From Squalus acanthias (lineage: Eukaryota), in NCBI GenBank assembly GCA_030390025.1, contig CM059442.1, positions 68,758,001-68,822,000 of the forward strand: a DNA stretch of 64,000 nucleotides. Reading direction: 5' to 3'. Numbering within the stretch: position 1 is the first letter of the stretch; every line of letters starts with the position of its first letter. Made by a program: the position numbers and the translations under genes. Below the pieces are notes generated by a model. It was not told where the DNA came from. It was given only the letters and a program-made list of their open reading frames with translations, and did not search any database. Shown here one piece after another: positions 25,945-37,230 of the stretch.

Positions 25945-26580
25945 TTGAACAACATATGGGATCTTGGGCTTCATAAATACAGGTATTGAGTACAAAAACG
26001 GGGAAGTTATGCTGAACCTTTATAAAGCTCTGGGTCGGCCAGAACTAGAATATTGCGTCCAGTTCTGGTCACTGCACTTTAGACAGGATGTGAAGGTCCT
26101 TGAGAGGGTGCAGAGTAGATTTACCAGAATGGTTTCAGGGATGAGGGATTTTAGCTAGAAAGTTAGGTTGGAGAAGCTGGGGTTGTTCTCCTTGAAGCAA
26201 AGGCGGTTGAGTGGAGATTTGATAGAGGTGTACAACATTAGGACGGGTTTGGGTAAGGTAGACAGAGAGGCTGTTCCAACTAGTTGATGGTACAAGGACC
26301 AGGGGTCACAGATTTATGGTTTTGGACAAGAGATACAGGGGGGATGTGAGGAAGAACTTTTTTACACAGCGAGTGGTAATGACCTGGAACTCTCTGCCAA
26401 CGAGGGTGGTGGAAGCGGAGACGATCAATGATTTCAAAAGGAAATTGGATAGGCACTTGAGGGAAATAAACTTGCAGGGCGACGGGGAATAGAGCGGGGG
26501 AATGGGACTGACTGGGTTGCTCTGCAGAGAGCCGGTATGGGCCGAATGGCGGCCTCCTGTGCCTCTGACGCTATATCCTC
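25945..26580 (+). mobile_element. CR1/HER1-like LINE 3' fragment
   Basis: LYKALGRPELEYCVQFWS...LERVQSRFTRMV; tail gggccgaatggc. Confidence 0.88.
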
Positions 26581-26699
26581 TGATTTACTGTGGGTGTCAT
26601 CATAGGAAATCAACTTGTAAGTCGTGACAAGTCTATTAAACAATAAATGTTATTTGGCCTGTGGTCTCGTGCGAGTGTTCACGGTGAAATCACACCAGT

Positions 26700-27140
26700 G
26701 TCGTAGTTATGTCACTGGCCTAGTATCCTTGAATAATAATCCAGAGAATGAGTTCAAATCGCAACATGGCAGCTTGAGAATTTGAATTTTTAAAAATCTG
26801 TTAGCCAAAAAAGCTGGTATCAGTAAAAGTGACCATACAATTTGCCAGATTGTTGTAAAAACCCAACTGGTTAACTAAAGTCCGTTTGGAAAGCTAACCT
26901 GCCACCCTTGCACGACCTGGGCTATGACTCCAGTCCCATACCAATGTGGTTGACACTTAACTGCCCTCTGGCTTGCTGGGCTATTTCATTCATTCAGCCA
27001 TATTTAAAAAAAAGAAACCGCCATAATTGCAGCGGTTCAGCAAGAAGTCTCGACAGCACCTTCTCAGAGTAACCAGGGTGGGCAATAAATGTGGCCTTGC
27101 CAGTGGTGCCAGCATCCCCAGAATGAATAATTAAAAAAAG
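26700..27140 (+). mobile_element. tRNA-derived SINE sharing its 3' tail with the Zenon-like LINE
   Basis: gagttcaaatc B-box-like head; tail caccttctc...gggcaataaatg...gccttgccag...catccc...gaataa matches the LINE 3' end at 12230-12330. Confidence 0.75.
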
Positions 27141-28262
27141 TCGACACTTTTTTTACACTGTGTTCGTGTCTTTCGTTGGGCTGTGAAGATTTTTGAAGCA
27201 TAATATAAATATATGTAACTTCAGAAGGCTGCTTTGGAAAAAGTACAATTTATAAAATTGAAATTTCAGTTATGATGTCAATATTTTCCTCTGTTCATGC
27301 CATGAGGGATTCCGATGCCTTTGTTGTCTGCATATGGCTTTGATTGCTAAATGGGTTATGTTGAAAACTATTGAGCACTGTGCAGTAGGAAAGTCAAAGC
27401 GTGTGTGGCTAAATACAAAAACAACTTAATTTGTTATTTTTAATTTATTTAAAGTTTTACTACATTTGTTAAGAATTTGAAGCCTCTTTTAATAAATTTC
27501 TTCAAACTTTAGTGTACAGCATATAAGCCAAATAGAGTTGGGGGGAAATCATGCTGTGATGCTCAACCCATGAGTGATGAGGCTTTTCCCCACTAGCAGG
27601 CTAAGGGATGTATTCCACTGTCCCCTGTTGCATGTACAATGCTTCATGATCACATGCTTCTACAGCATTAAAACTAGCAATCAGATAGAGCTGTGTTGAG
27701 TAATGAGTTGGGCTCCTTTTCTCTACAAATAACGTTAGAAGAATCAATACATTTGTGAAAAGACAAGATTTAATACTGACTAGGTGGTTTTGTACCTTTG
27801 ATCTTTTACACACGCGGGAATCCTGTAATGTTGAAAGGCTACTGTATCCCAAGATGTGTTGCACTGCTCAAACCCTCACAATATTACTTTGTGCTCATTC
27901 AAGACTACTGTACTTTCATCAAATAGTACTTTCTAGTAAATTGCTTTTGGGATTTCTTTCCCCAAACTTACTTTAAAGTGACAAGCTCTTTGGCTGTTAC
28001 TGCAGCCATTTTCCAAATTGTCCACACAAAAAAGCTATTTTACTGTAATGTTTATCTCCCAACGTGACGACAAAATACCGTGATGCCCTCCTCTCCAAAA
28101 GCCGTTCCTAGGAAGAAACCAGTGTCTGATCCAGACAATTTCCAGATTACTAATAAAGGAATTTAGTGAAATAGCCATGCACTCTAGTTGCATCAAATAT
28201 TGATTAAAGTTATGCTTTGTATTCTGACACTTGTACAATAACGGTCTCTTAATTCTTTACAG

Positions 28263-28362
28263 AATACACAGATGATAATGCTCTAATCCCTAAGAATTCA
28301 TCTGTCATTATAAAAAGAATTCCTATTGGAGGCGTGAAATCTGCTGGCAAAACATTTGTCAT
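28263..28362 (+). CDS. RBBP6: RBBP6 exon 2 (DWNN C-terminal part with di-glycine)
   Basis: ttctttacAG acceptor; (E)YTDDNALIPKNSSVIIKRIPIGGVKSAGKTFV(I); donor AT|GTAAGT; 100 nt, phase consistent. Confidence 0.97.
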
Positions 28363-30139
28363 GTAAGTATCTGCAATTTTTTCATATAAAACAAAATGCC
28401 TATTGTATGTCTATGGAGCAGCATCTTCAAACAGCTTGAGAATGATTCGTGTTTTTCAGAGCTGAACATTTTCCTGAATTGCATTTTAGCAGTTAGCACT
28501 CATGTATTTTAGGGGATGCTTGAGGGATGCAATGTCACATTTAATTGACCAATAGGAAGTTGTGCCGTGGTTATAGTGAAAGTGGATTTAACTTGAATTG
28601 AGTGAAATATACATGCACTCTGCATTCCTTGGTTTTTCCATTTTAGATCTGACTGACTGGCAGATAAGGCTTTAGTGAGTATTTAAGGCCCACAACTCAG
28701 TGCAGTACCCTATAGGTCTGTAATGCATCATATGATCAAATATTTTGATGCATAATGTAAATGTACACGCACTCTTGTCTTGGAGGAAATGACAGGCTGC
28801 CTGGATAACTGCAGTGATAAAGGATGGTGGCTGTTAGTTTCAATGTAAGCACAAAGTGCATATTAAATGCACAAAAATATAGAAATGTAACTGACACATA
28901 TTTCAGAATTGTTTGGAAAGTTCAAGGATAAAGTTCCTTGTGTGTAATATAAAACTGTCTGAGGTTTAGACCTGGAAGAGATGAGGATGGACACTCATTG
29001 CATTGCTGGCCATTGTGCCATCCTCCTTTTTCTTGCTACTGTGCACTAAACAAACTTAGCCGATAGCTATCCAAGCCAAATACGATCCACAGGGCAGACT
29101 TTGTCCCTTTCATGTGTTGAACAGTCACCCCAAGTCCGAAGTTATAACTGAAGAAATATCTCCCAAAAAAATCTGGCATCTTCGAACTTCAAGGCAGTGT
29201 CCAATATTTTGACTTCATGGGCTGTTTAGGTCAATACTATAGACGGTATATGAAGTTTACATTACTGTTCACATTAATTTGCATTTCCCTAACCTGATCC
29301 AGGTGTTCTGAATTAGGATTTATCCACCGACAAGGCAATCTTTCCGAACAAGTATGGCGCACTCATCGAACCAAGTTGTAACGGTTCGAGGGCTGGTAAT
29401 GGCCATGTTCTATAAATTGACCTTCCTAATCTCACTACTTAATTTTTCTTTTGTTTTTGCCCTGACAAGCACCATCAGTGTGCACTTTCTTGCAGTTGTT
29501 TATGTGCTCAGTTTCCCTCCTTCTGAACTTGGCTAAATAAATACAGCAGAATCTAGTCATATTTTCCAAATTAATCATTACACTGCTGTGAATCCAAAAT
29601 CAACTTTCTGAAAGTGATCACTTGGCATAGCAGCTGGGCCGCCTTAATTCCAGATCTGGGGAGGGGTGCCTGAATGTGATTTTGGTTAGCCGGTAATGCA
29701 TTTGAGGATAGAGAGTACTTGGATGATTCAAGGAGATGCACTGGGGGAAGGATATGAAGCCATTTCATTATGGTGGGAGTTGAGTCCATGAGGAATATAG
29801 TCAGAGGTATTTGGAAATGTGAGCTGCTCCAAAATACCGTTCTATTCATACCAGGGGAAGTGTGGCATTTAACCCAAAAGAAACTAGTTTTGTCTCCGCT
29901 AGTTTGTATGAGAGGAGCTGCACAACTCAAGTTCATGGAGTAAAAATTTGGGTATCTTAAAGTAACACTGTTTAATCTTTCGGCTTTCCTGTTCCATTAA
30001 TCTCCCTCCATGCAAGTGTTCAACATAATTGTATGTTTTCACACATGATTTTCATCCCCCAGCTTTATAGACAATCATTTGAGAGTTGTTGGTGTAGGAA
30101 GGAGCATGCTAATTCAAGTTCTGTTAATTTAGACTCCAG

Positions 30140-31120
30140 TATCCTCAGATGGTGGGAAGTGCTGTTCCACAAGGATCAGTGCTGGGCACTGTTGTTCACC
30201 ATTTATATAAACGATTTGGACTCGGGTATCAGAAGTCCAATTTCAAAATTTGCAGATCACAGCAAATTTGGTGTAGTTAATAAGAGGAGGACTGACTAAA
30301 TACAGGAAGACATAAATAAACTTGCAGAATGAGTGTGTAATTGGCAAATTAACTTCAATGTAGATAAGTGTGAGGTGGTACATTTTGGTAGGAAGAATAC
30401 TCCTTGGAAAATAAGTATCTAAAATGTGGTAGAGAGACGGGGATCTGGGAGTACAGTTACTCAAATCACCAAAAGTCATGACACAGGTTAATAAAGCCAC
30501 AAAGGGCAAATCAAGCACTGTGGTTCATTTCTAGAGGGATAGAATTGAAAAGCAGACCAGTTATGTTAAACTTTTATAGAACCTTGGTTAGACCACATTT
30601 GGAGTACTGTGAACAGTTCTGGTCTCCATATTCTAAAAAAGATGGAGAGACACCGGAGAAGGTGCAAAAAAAAAAATTACTAGCATGATACCAGAACTGA
30701 GAGGTGATATCTATCAGGAAAATTAAACAGGCTGGGCTCTTTCCTCCAGAAAAGAGAAGGCTGAGGGGTGGCCTAATAGAGGACTTTAAGATTATGGAAA
30801 GATTTGATAAGGTAGGTGTAGAGAAGATGTTTCCACTTGCGAGCGAGACCAGAAGTAGGTGCCTAGTAAATAAGATGGTTACGAATAAATCCAGTAAGGA
30901 ATTCATGAGAAACTTCTTCACCTAGTGGTTAGACTGTGGAACTTGCTACCACAAGGAGTAGTTGAAGCGAATAGCTTGGATGCATTTAAGGGGAAGCTAG
31001 AAAAACATGAGGGAGAAAGGGATAATAAGATATGTTGATTGGGTTAGTGGGAGGAGGCTCGTGTGGAGCATAAACCTGTTGGGCCGAATGGCCTGTTTCT
31101 GTGCTGTTAATACTGTGTAT
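30140..31120 (+). mobile_element. CR1/HER1-like LINE 3' fragment
   Basis: LFTIYINDLDSG..KFAD; EKRRLRGGLIE; tail gggccgaatggcctgtttctgtgctg. Confidence 0.88.
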
Positions 31121-31809
31121 CCGTGTTCTTCTGGTGGTGGTAGAAGCTCCATGGAGCACCTTGAACCTTGATTGCATTCCCTCACAACAGTAACCACATT
31201 TCAAAGTAATTACTTGTACGTGAAGTATTTTGGGGCATTCCTGTGAGACGCATTAGGTGCTGAGTTCTCTTGTGTATTTTGTTAGTCCTTCGGTTTTGAC
31301 TTGATTTAGTTATAAATTGGCTCTTTTTCACCCATGTCCCAAGAATGCTCAAATTGTAAAACCCTAAACAGAACAGAAAACAAAAGGAAAGCGTGGACAA
31401 GACATTCTTCCAAATGTAAAACTCAAAAGAAGATGGGGCTACAGCAGTAATCAAATGGTGGGTGGGGGAAGAAAGCTACTGTATTTGAATCAGACTTCAA
31501 AGTCAGTATGGTTTGTCTTTATTGCTGATGTATTTATACTGGACTAGTAAATCTAAATACATTTTCTTTAAACTAGATAAGGTATTCATAGAAATTGTCT
31601 AAACAAATGCTATTGTGTTGCACCTAAATATTTTTACAGTCTTATAATTCAACCATTTTTTTGTGCTAAAAAAAGTTATATCCAGTATTAAATTAAGCAT
31701 AAATAACAAGGCAAAGTATGAATTAAGTGCTTAAGATGTGAATTCGGGTAATTTCAATTAAGTGGCTTTGAATCAAGGGTAGACTATATACAAGGTGAAT
31801 GTGAAAAAG

Positions 31810-32130
31810 GACTACCATTTATACATCACACCTAAACGCCCCAAAGTGCTTCAAGTACAACAAATTACTTTGAAGTGCAATAAGTGTTATGTAGGTAAGT
31901 GCTGTAGTTGTAGTGTGCTCAGCAAGATCCCACAAACAGCAATAAGATGATTGACCACTCATCTGTTATTGGCTAAAGGAGGAAATGTTGGTCAGGACAC
32001 TGGGAAAACTCCCTGCTCTTCACAATGTCATGGTATTGTACACATCCACACTTGAACCACTGGAATAGACGGTGGCACACGCTCAGTACTGTACTGGAGT
32101 GTCAGCCTTGAATGCTCAAATCCTAGAATT
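31810..32130 (-). mobile_element. Degraded Deu-domain SINE
   Basis: cagcaagatcccacaaacagcaat...ggacactgggaaaactccctgctcttc resembles the reverse complement of the core. Confidence 0.65.
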
Positions 32131-32375
32131 TAATTTAGTTAAAGCACACTGCTTGGGTTCAGTAGCCTGTAGAACTCCTGCTCAGGTCAGTGGAATTGCT
32201 GCAGGTAGTTTCAGGACAGACAATATTATGTCAACCAGTTTTATATTATTTTGAGGTGTAGACCTGTGATTGTCAAGGTGAATGTTGTCGGTACTGGTGT
32301 TAGATTAATTTTCTTTTCTGCCACTATCAATCCACAGAAATGTTTTTAAGCTCCTTGGGTTAACTGTCTGCTGTA

Positions 32376-32729
32376 CAGGAAACTCTTTATTAACCGGGAC
32401 CGGCGTGGTGCCGGTTGATCAAAAAGTCCGGATAACGGAGAGTTATATCTCCCAACGTTCGAGAGCCCCGTACACATTGACATGCGCCTGCATTCGGAGC
32501 TCCGTCTCCCCGGGGACCGCCAGCTGACCATCTGTCGTGTCCGCTGCCTACCCGGGCTGCACATTCCCCTCCCAATCTACACGCTCCGATACAAGGCAAA
32601 CGCCTCAGGGTTTTTTTAAAGTTAATTTTAAACGAGAGATTAAGGAAAACCCCGGTTACCTACTCAAGAATTTTGCCGGTTAAGAGAGATTTCTGGATAT
32701 TTGGGTGCCGGTTAATAGAGAGTTTCCTG
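32376..32729. mobile_element. Tc1/mariner-type MITE, same family as 14473-14891
   Basis: TIR CAGGAAACTCTTTATTAACCGG / CCGGTTAATAGAGAGTTTCCTG; TA TSD; shares subterminal gggaccggcgtggtgccgg...ccggataacggagagttatatct and ggatatttgggtgccgg. Confidence 0.9.
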
Positions 32730-33266
32730 TATTATAGATGGGTCTCATTTGTTGACTTTAGTGCTAAGTTTTGCTGGAATATGTTTGACTTTAAAAGGAC
32801 TTAGATTCAGAATATGTTGTGTTTGTTGCATGCAACCCATCCATCATCACACAGATGCTTTCAACCAAGAGGATAAGGCAAGCAGGATAACTGAGCTTTT
32901 TAGTCGAGAATGGGCTAAGTGAAAGCCTTTCCACACTGAGGGTGAATCCTGATTCCTTTTTACTGAGCTGTACAATTTATGGTTGTTTTGAAACTCCATT
33001 TTGACCGTTCCATTTTTTTTTTGACCTTGAATAGTCCCTCAAGCTTTTTCTTTCAAAGCCCACTGGTAGTATTGTTGATTGAGAATTTGTAATGATACAA
33101 TGATTCTGCAGTTCACTCTGATGCTATATACTTTGTCAGCAAATGATTTTTTTCCTCTTCACCATCTTGTTCTTTATAGATACATTCTTTTATCTATCTT
33201 ATGTTTATCTTGTAAATGAAAAGCACATGACTGTAACATCTTTACAAATTGTCTTCTGCTTTCCAG

Positions 33267-33303
33267 AGATCGTTCTGAACCAGCAAGTGGGACGTCGAAA
33301 GCA
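33267..33303 (+). CDS. RBBP6: RBBP6 exon 3
   Basis: cttctgctttccAG acceptor; (I)DRSEPASGTSKA, similar to human SRTEPAMATTKA; donor GCA|GTATGT; 37 nt, ends phase 0. Confidence 0.93.
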
Positions 33304-33381
33304 GTATGTAAAACAAAAATACAATCTGAACCTTTCTTTTCTTTATTTATTAAATCTAAGTTGCTATTTTTAAATGAATGA
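33304..33381 (+). CDS. RBBP6: Putative read-through C-terminus of a DWNN-only RBBP6 short isoform (isoform-3-like)
   Basis: Intron 3 read-through gives VCKTKIQSEPFFSLFIKSKLLFLNE*; human isoform 3 tail also starts VCK (recalled); AATAAA at 33792, 34135 and 34387 in repeat-free AT-rich sequence. Confidence 0.6.
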   Translation, partial: VCKTKIQSEPFFSLFIKSKLLFLNE

Positions 33382-33791
33382 TAATCATTAGACAATAATG
33401 TTAATGATTTTTTAAAATAGTAATTTTCAAAGCAATGCATAAACTAAGTATACCATGATGCACATCTGACCTGGGTATGTTTTGTAATGCCTTCTAAAAT
33501 GCATTCGTAGTATTTTAAAATACTGTTGGATAATATTTCAAGACAATTGCCCATATCTGCACATATTATCTGTGTGTGACCTGATAATGGTGCAAGGTAA
33601 TGCACTGTATTTCACATTGAAAATGCTAGTTAATTTCTGTATGACTCGGTGTTGTACAGATCAGTGTATGATCATTTTCAGAGCTTGTGGTTGCAACAGT
33701 TTACTATAGTGAACATGAAAGTGTTCATGTGATGTCTGTCTTTATTTAGTATTACATGTGTATAGGCTATTGTGTGCATTTTGTTTCTTCA

Positions 33792-33797
33792 AATAAA
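33792..33797 (+). terminator. Candidate intronic polyadenylation signal for the short RBBP6 isoform
   Basis: AATAAA with upstream TGTA elements and downstream GT/T-rich sequence. Confidence 0.5.
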
Positions 33798-34974
33798 GAA
33801 TGTTTGAAGTGTATTATCTTCCATTTCACATTGTATCACTCAACTTTTTATGGTTTATTAGATATGATTTCTTGATGGTGAAACAGGTTGCTTTACACTG
33901 TGATAAGGCACATGAAAAACCACATTAGACTCCAGTATCTAATGGATATAAAGCAAATGTTGAATTTGTGCAGTTCAACACTTCCTTTCTCGATATCCTA
34001 TTTTCACAACAGCACAAGTTTTTTTAAACTTTGAGCTCAAACAAACTAAATTTTGACAAGTATCACTAAATCCCAGAAATATTCAATCTTTCTGTTATTG
34101 TTTAATTTTTCTTTTCTGGCCACAGAACTTTGCAAATAAATGGAAGTCAGTAGGCTTTTGTGGTGCTATTTAAGTTATACTGGTGTATTTTTATGTCTGT
34201 ATTGGTAACAAACTGATGTGTTTCATACCGTATGTACATGATTTTTCACTTGCACACCACAGAAATCCCCTGACTTGTCAATTTAAAGCTTAATTCTGGC
34301 TGTTTTGCCCTTCTATGTGATATCTGTGAAGTAAAAGTTGAATGCTTTTTGTTTGAGCCTTTTTTATAATATATATATCCTAAAATAATAAACTTTCATC
34401 ATGTTAAACTTTGTGCGCATCAGGCACATTTAGAATTTGGTTGTCTACTTTATTAATAGATGTAGCCAGTTAATATTGGCACTAAATGTTTGGTTTGATT
34501 TTGAATCTCCACACATTTGGGAAACTTAACATGAAAAGTAGCTTGCAAATGTTTCTACTGAATTCTCTTAATCCACATAAAATTGCTATCGTGGACTTGT
34601 CGTTCTGCATTGTTGGAAGTTTCAACTTAACTAAATGGGACTGGCTAAATGGCCGGTGTCAGCCATGACTTCAGATGTTGGTGTAGTTTGCGGTAAAAAA
34701 AAAATAGCAGATTTTCCATTATAGCCCAGGTAAATTCCCGGTTATGCAAACAATGTGGCCTTTTTTGTCTGTGTGTTGCTTTGCTTTGAGCCAATACACA
34801 AGATCTCAAAAGACCGTGTAGTTGCTTTGATTTTTGAATATTCTGGTAGATTTTTAAATGGAGATTAAAGCATTGCCGTGCTAGTGTTTTTTTAAAGGCT
34901 TAGCCACGTGCTGTCTGTTTTTAAAGTACTTAGCACCTACTTATGGATGCACTTCAAAAATGTATAAATAACAA

Positions 34975-36150
34975 GTATTTATATAGCGCCTTTAACGTAG
35001 TAATACGTCCCATGGCGCTTCACGGGAGTATTAAAAGACAAAAAATGTGACACCGAGCCACATAAGAAATTAGGGCAGGTGACCCAAAGCTTGGTCATAA
35101 AGGTAGGTTTTAAGGAGTGTCTTAAAGGAGGAAAGAAACATAGAATCTAGGAGCAGGAGTAGGCCATTCGGCCCGTCGAGCCTGCTCCGCCATTCAATAC
35201 GATCATGGCTGATCATCCAAATCCAGTACCCTGTCCCTGCTTTAATCCCCACAGTACACATATCCCACCCTACCCCCGTAACCCCACGTATTTAATTCCC
35301 CCTAACATATCCCATCCTATCCCCATAACCCCACATATTTAATCCCCCCTAACACTAAGGGTCAATTTATCATAGCCAAATCAACCTAACCCACACATTT
35401 TTGGACTGTGGGAGGAAACCGGAGCACCCGGAGGAAACCCACGCAGACACGGGGAGAATGTGCAAACTCCACACAGACAGTCACCCGAGGTCAGATTCGA
35501 ACCCGGGTCTCTGGCGCTGTGAGGCACCAGTGCTAACCACTATGCCACCGTGTTGCCCGTGAGGCGGAGAGGTTTAGGCAGGAAATTCCAGAGCTTAGGG
35601 CCTTCGCAACAGAAGGCACGACCACCAATAGTGGAGCGATTTATAATCGGGGATGCTCAAGAGGACAGTGCAGGTTGGCGAGCACGGGTGATTGGTGAAC
35701 GGGACTTGGTGTGAGTTAGGACACGGGCAGCCGAGTTTTGGATGACCAAGTTTACGTAGCGTAGAATGTGGGATGCCAGCCAGGAGTGCGTTGGAATAGT
35801 CAAGTCTTGAGGTAACAAAGGCATGGATGAGAGTTTCAGCAGCAGATGAGCCGAGGCAGGGGTGGAGACGGGCGATGCTAGAGTGGAAATAGACGGTCTT
35901 AGTGATGCTGCGGATATGTGGTCGGAGGCTCATTTCAGGGCCAAATATGACACCAAGGTTGCCAACAGTGTGGTTCAGCCCGAGAGGGATGGCGTCAGTG
36001 GCTAGGGAACGGAGTTTGTGGTGGGGACTGAAAACAATGGCTTTGGTCTTCCCAATGTTAAATTGGAGAAAATTTCTGAACTGGATGTCAGACAAGCAGT
36101 CTGACAATTTAGAGACCGTGGCGGGGTCGAGAGAAGTGGTTGTGAGGTAG
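34975..36150 (-). mobile_element. L2-type LINE 3' fragment with nested SINE
   Basis: NIGKTKAIVF, NLGVIF, ETLIHAFVTSRLDYSNALLAG; tail atttatatagcgccttt. Confidence 0.88.
35134..35558 (-). mobile_element. HE1/V-SINE-like SINE, second young copy nested in an L2 fragment
   Basis: Near-identical to 8181-8633 over its length; interrupts an L2 3' region. Confidence 0.9.
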
Positions 36151-36734
36151 AGAAAGAAATGTATCTTTATGTTGGTGTTGAGCACTTTTGCAGCTACAGG
36201 TTTCAGGAATTCCACTTTGGGGGGAGAAGAGTTAATGAGAGTTCAGTAAACCTTGCACTGCGATTTCTGAGCCCTGTGTTAATTTCAGTGTGTTGAGATT
36301 TCTAAGCATTCTGGTCACATCTCTGACCTTTTCCAGGGTACAGTGGAGCAATGTTTTAATGCACCAAATTTGTGAGCCAAAATATGGTATTAACCAGGCT
36401 GATGAAAGCTATGGGTGCTGAAGTTTCTTTTAAAAATCAAGAAAGCTGGGAGAGGTAGTTCAAGTGCAACAAGCTTTAGAAATGTCAGCACAGCAGAATC
36501 TGCTTCTTTCAGAGGTCTTTATGCAGTCAGTGGATAATGGCCCCATGTGTCCCCATCCCAGGTGTGAATAGAGAAATGTACTAGAATGTTTAGTACTAAC
36601 TGTGATGAAGTATTATAATGGGTTCCCTGTATTCTCAGTCCTCTCACCACAAAATAAGTAATAGTACAGGTGACCTTCTCAAAGGAAATACAAATTACTG
36701 ATAAACCTTCACAGAAAACATGTAATATATAATA

Positions 36735-37230
36735 CATTGGTATTTATACAGTGCCTTGTGTCAAATGTGGAAGTGCTCCACACGAGTGGCTTATTTTGAA
36801 GGGAGTGACTGTTGGTCGGCAAGTGCAACCGCCATTTTACAACAGCAATCTCCCATGAACAGCAGTGAGATACATAAGAAATAGGAGCAGGAGTAGGCCA
36901 TTCAATAAGATCATGGCTGATCTACCTCAACTCCACCTTCCCACACTATCCCCATATCCCTTGGTTCCCTTAGTGTCCAAAAATCTATCGATCTCTGTCT
37001 TGAATATGCACGACTGAGCATCCACAGCCCTGTGGGGTAGAGAATTCCAAAGATACACGACCAACAAATCTCTCTCTTTATTGATGGTTGAAGGAGGAAT
37101 ATTGGCTAGGATCTGAACTCCCTGCTCATCTTTTGATTTGTGTCATGCAATCATAAATATTTGCCTCAACCACTGGAGCAGGCAAATGGGACCATGCTTT
37201 AATGTCTTGTCTGAAGGACGAGACCTAAAT
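36735..37230 (-). mobile_element. Degraded Deu SINE interrupted by a CR1 3' fragment (about 36871-37060)
   Basis: SINE core on both sides of acataagaaataggagcaggagtaggcc... CR1 tail. Confidence 0.6.

Noticed and set aside
29050-29430. CpG-containing non-repeat segment in intron 2 (similar at 43640-44060)
   Set aside because: The + frames I translated hit stops early, and I could define no TIRs, splice signals or structure
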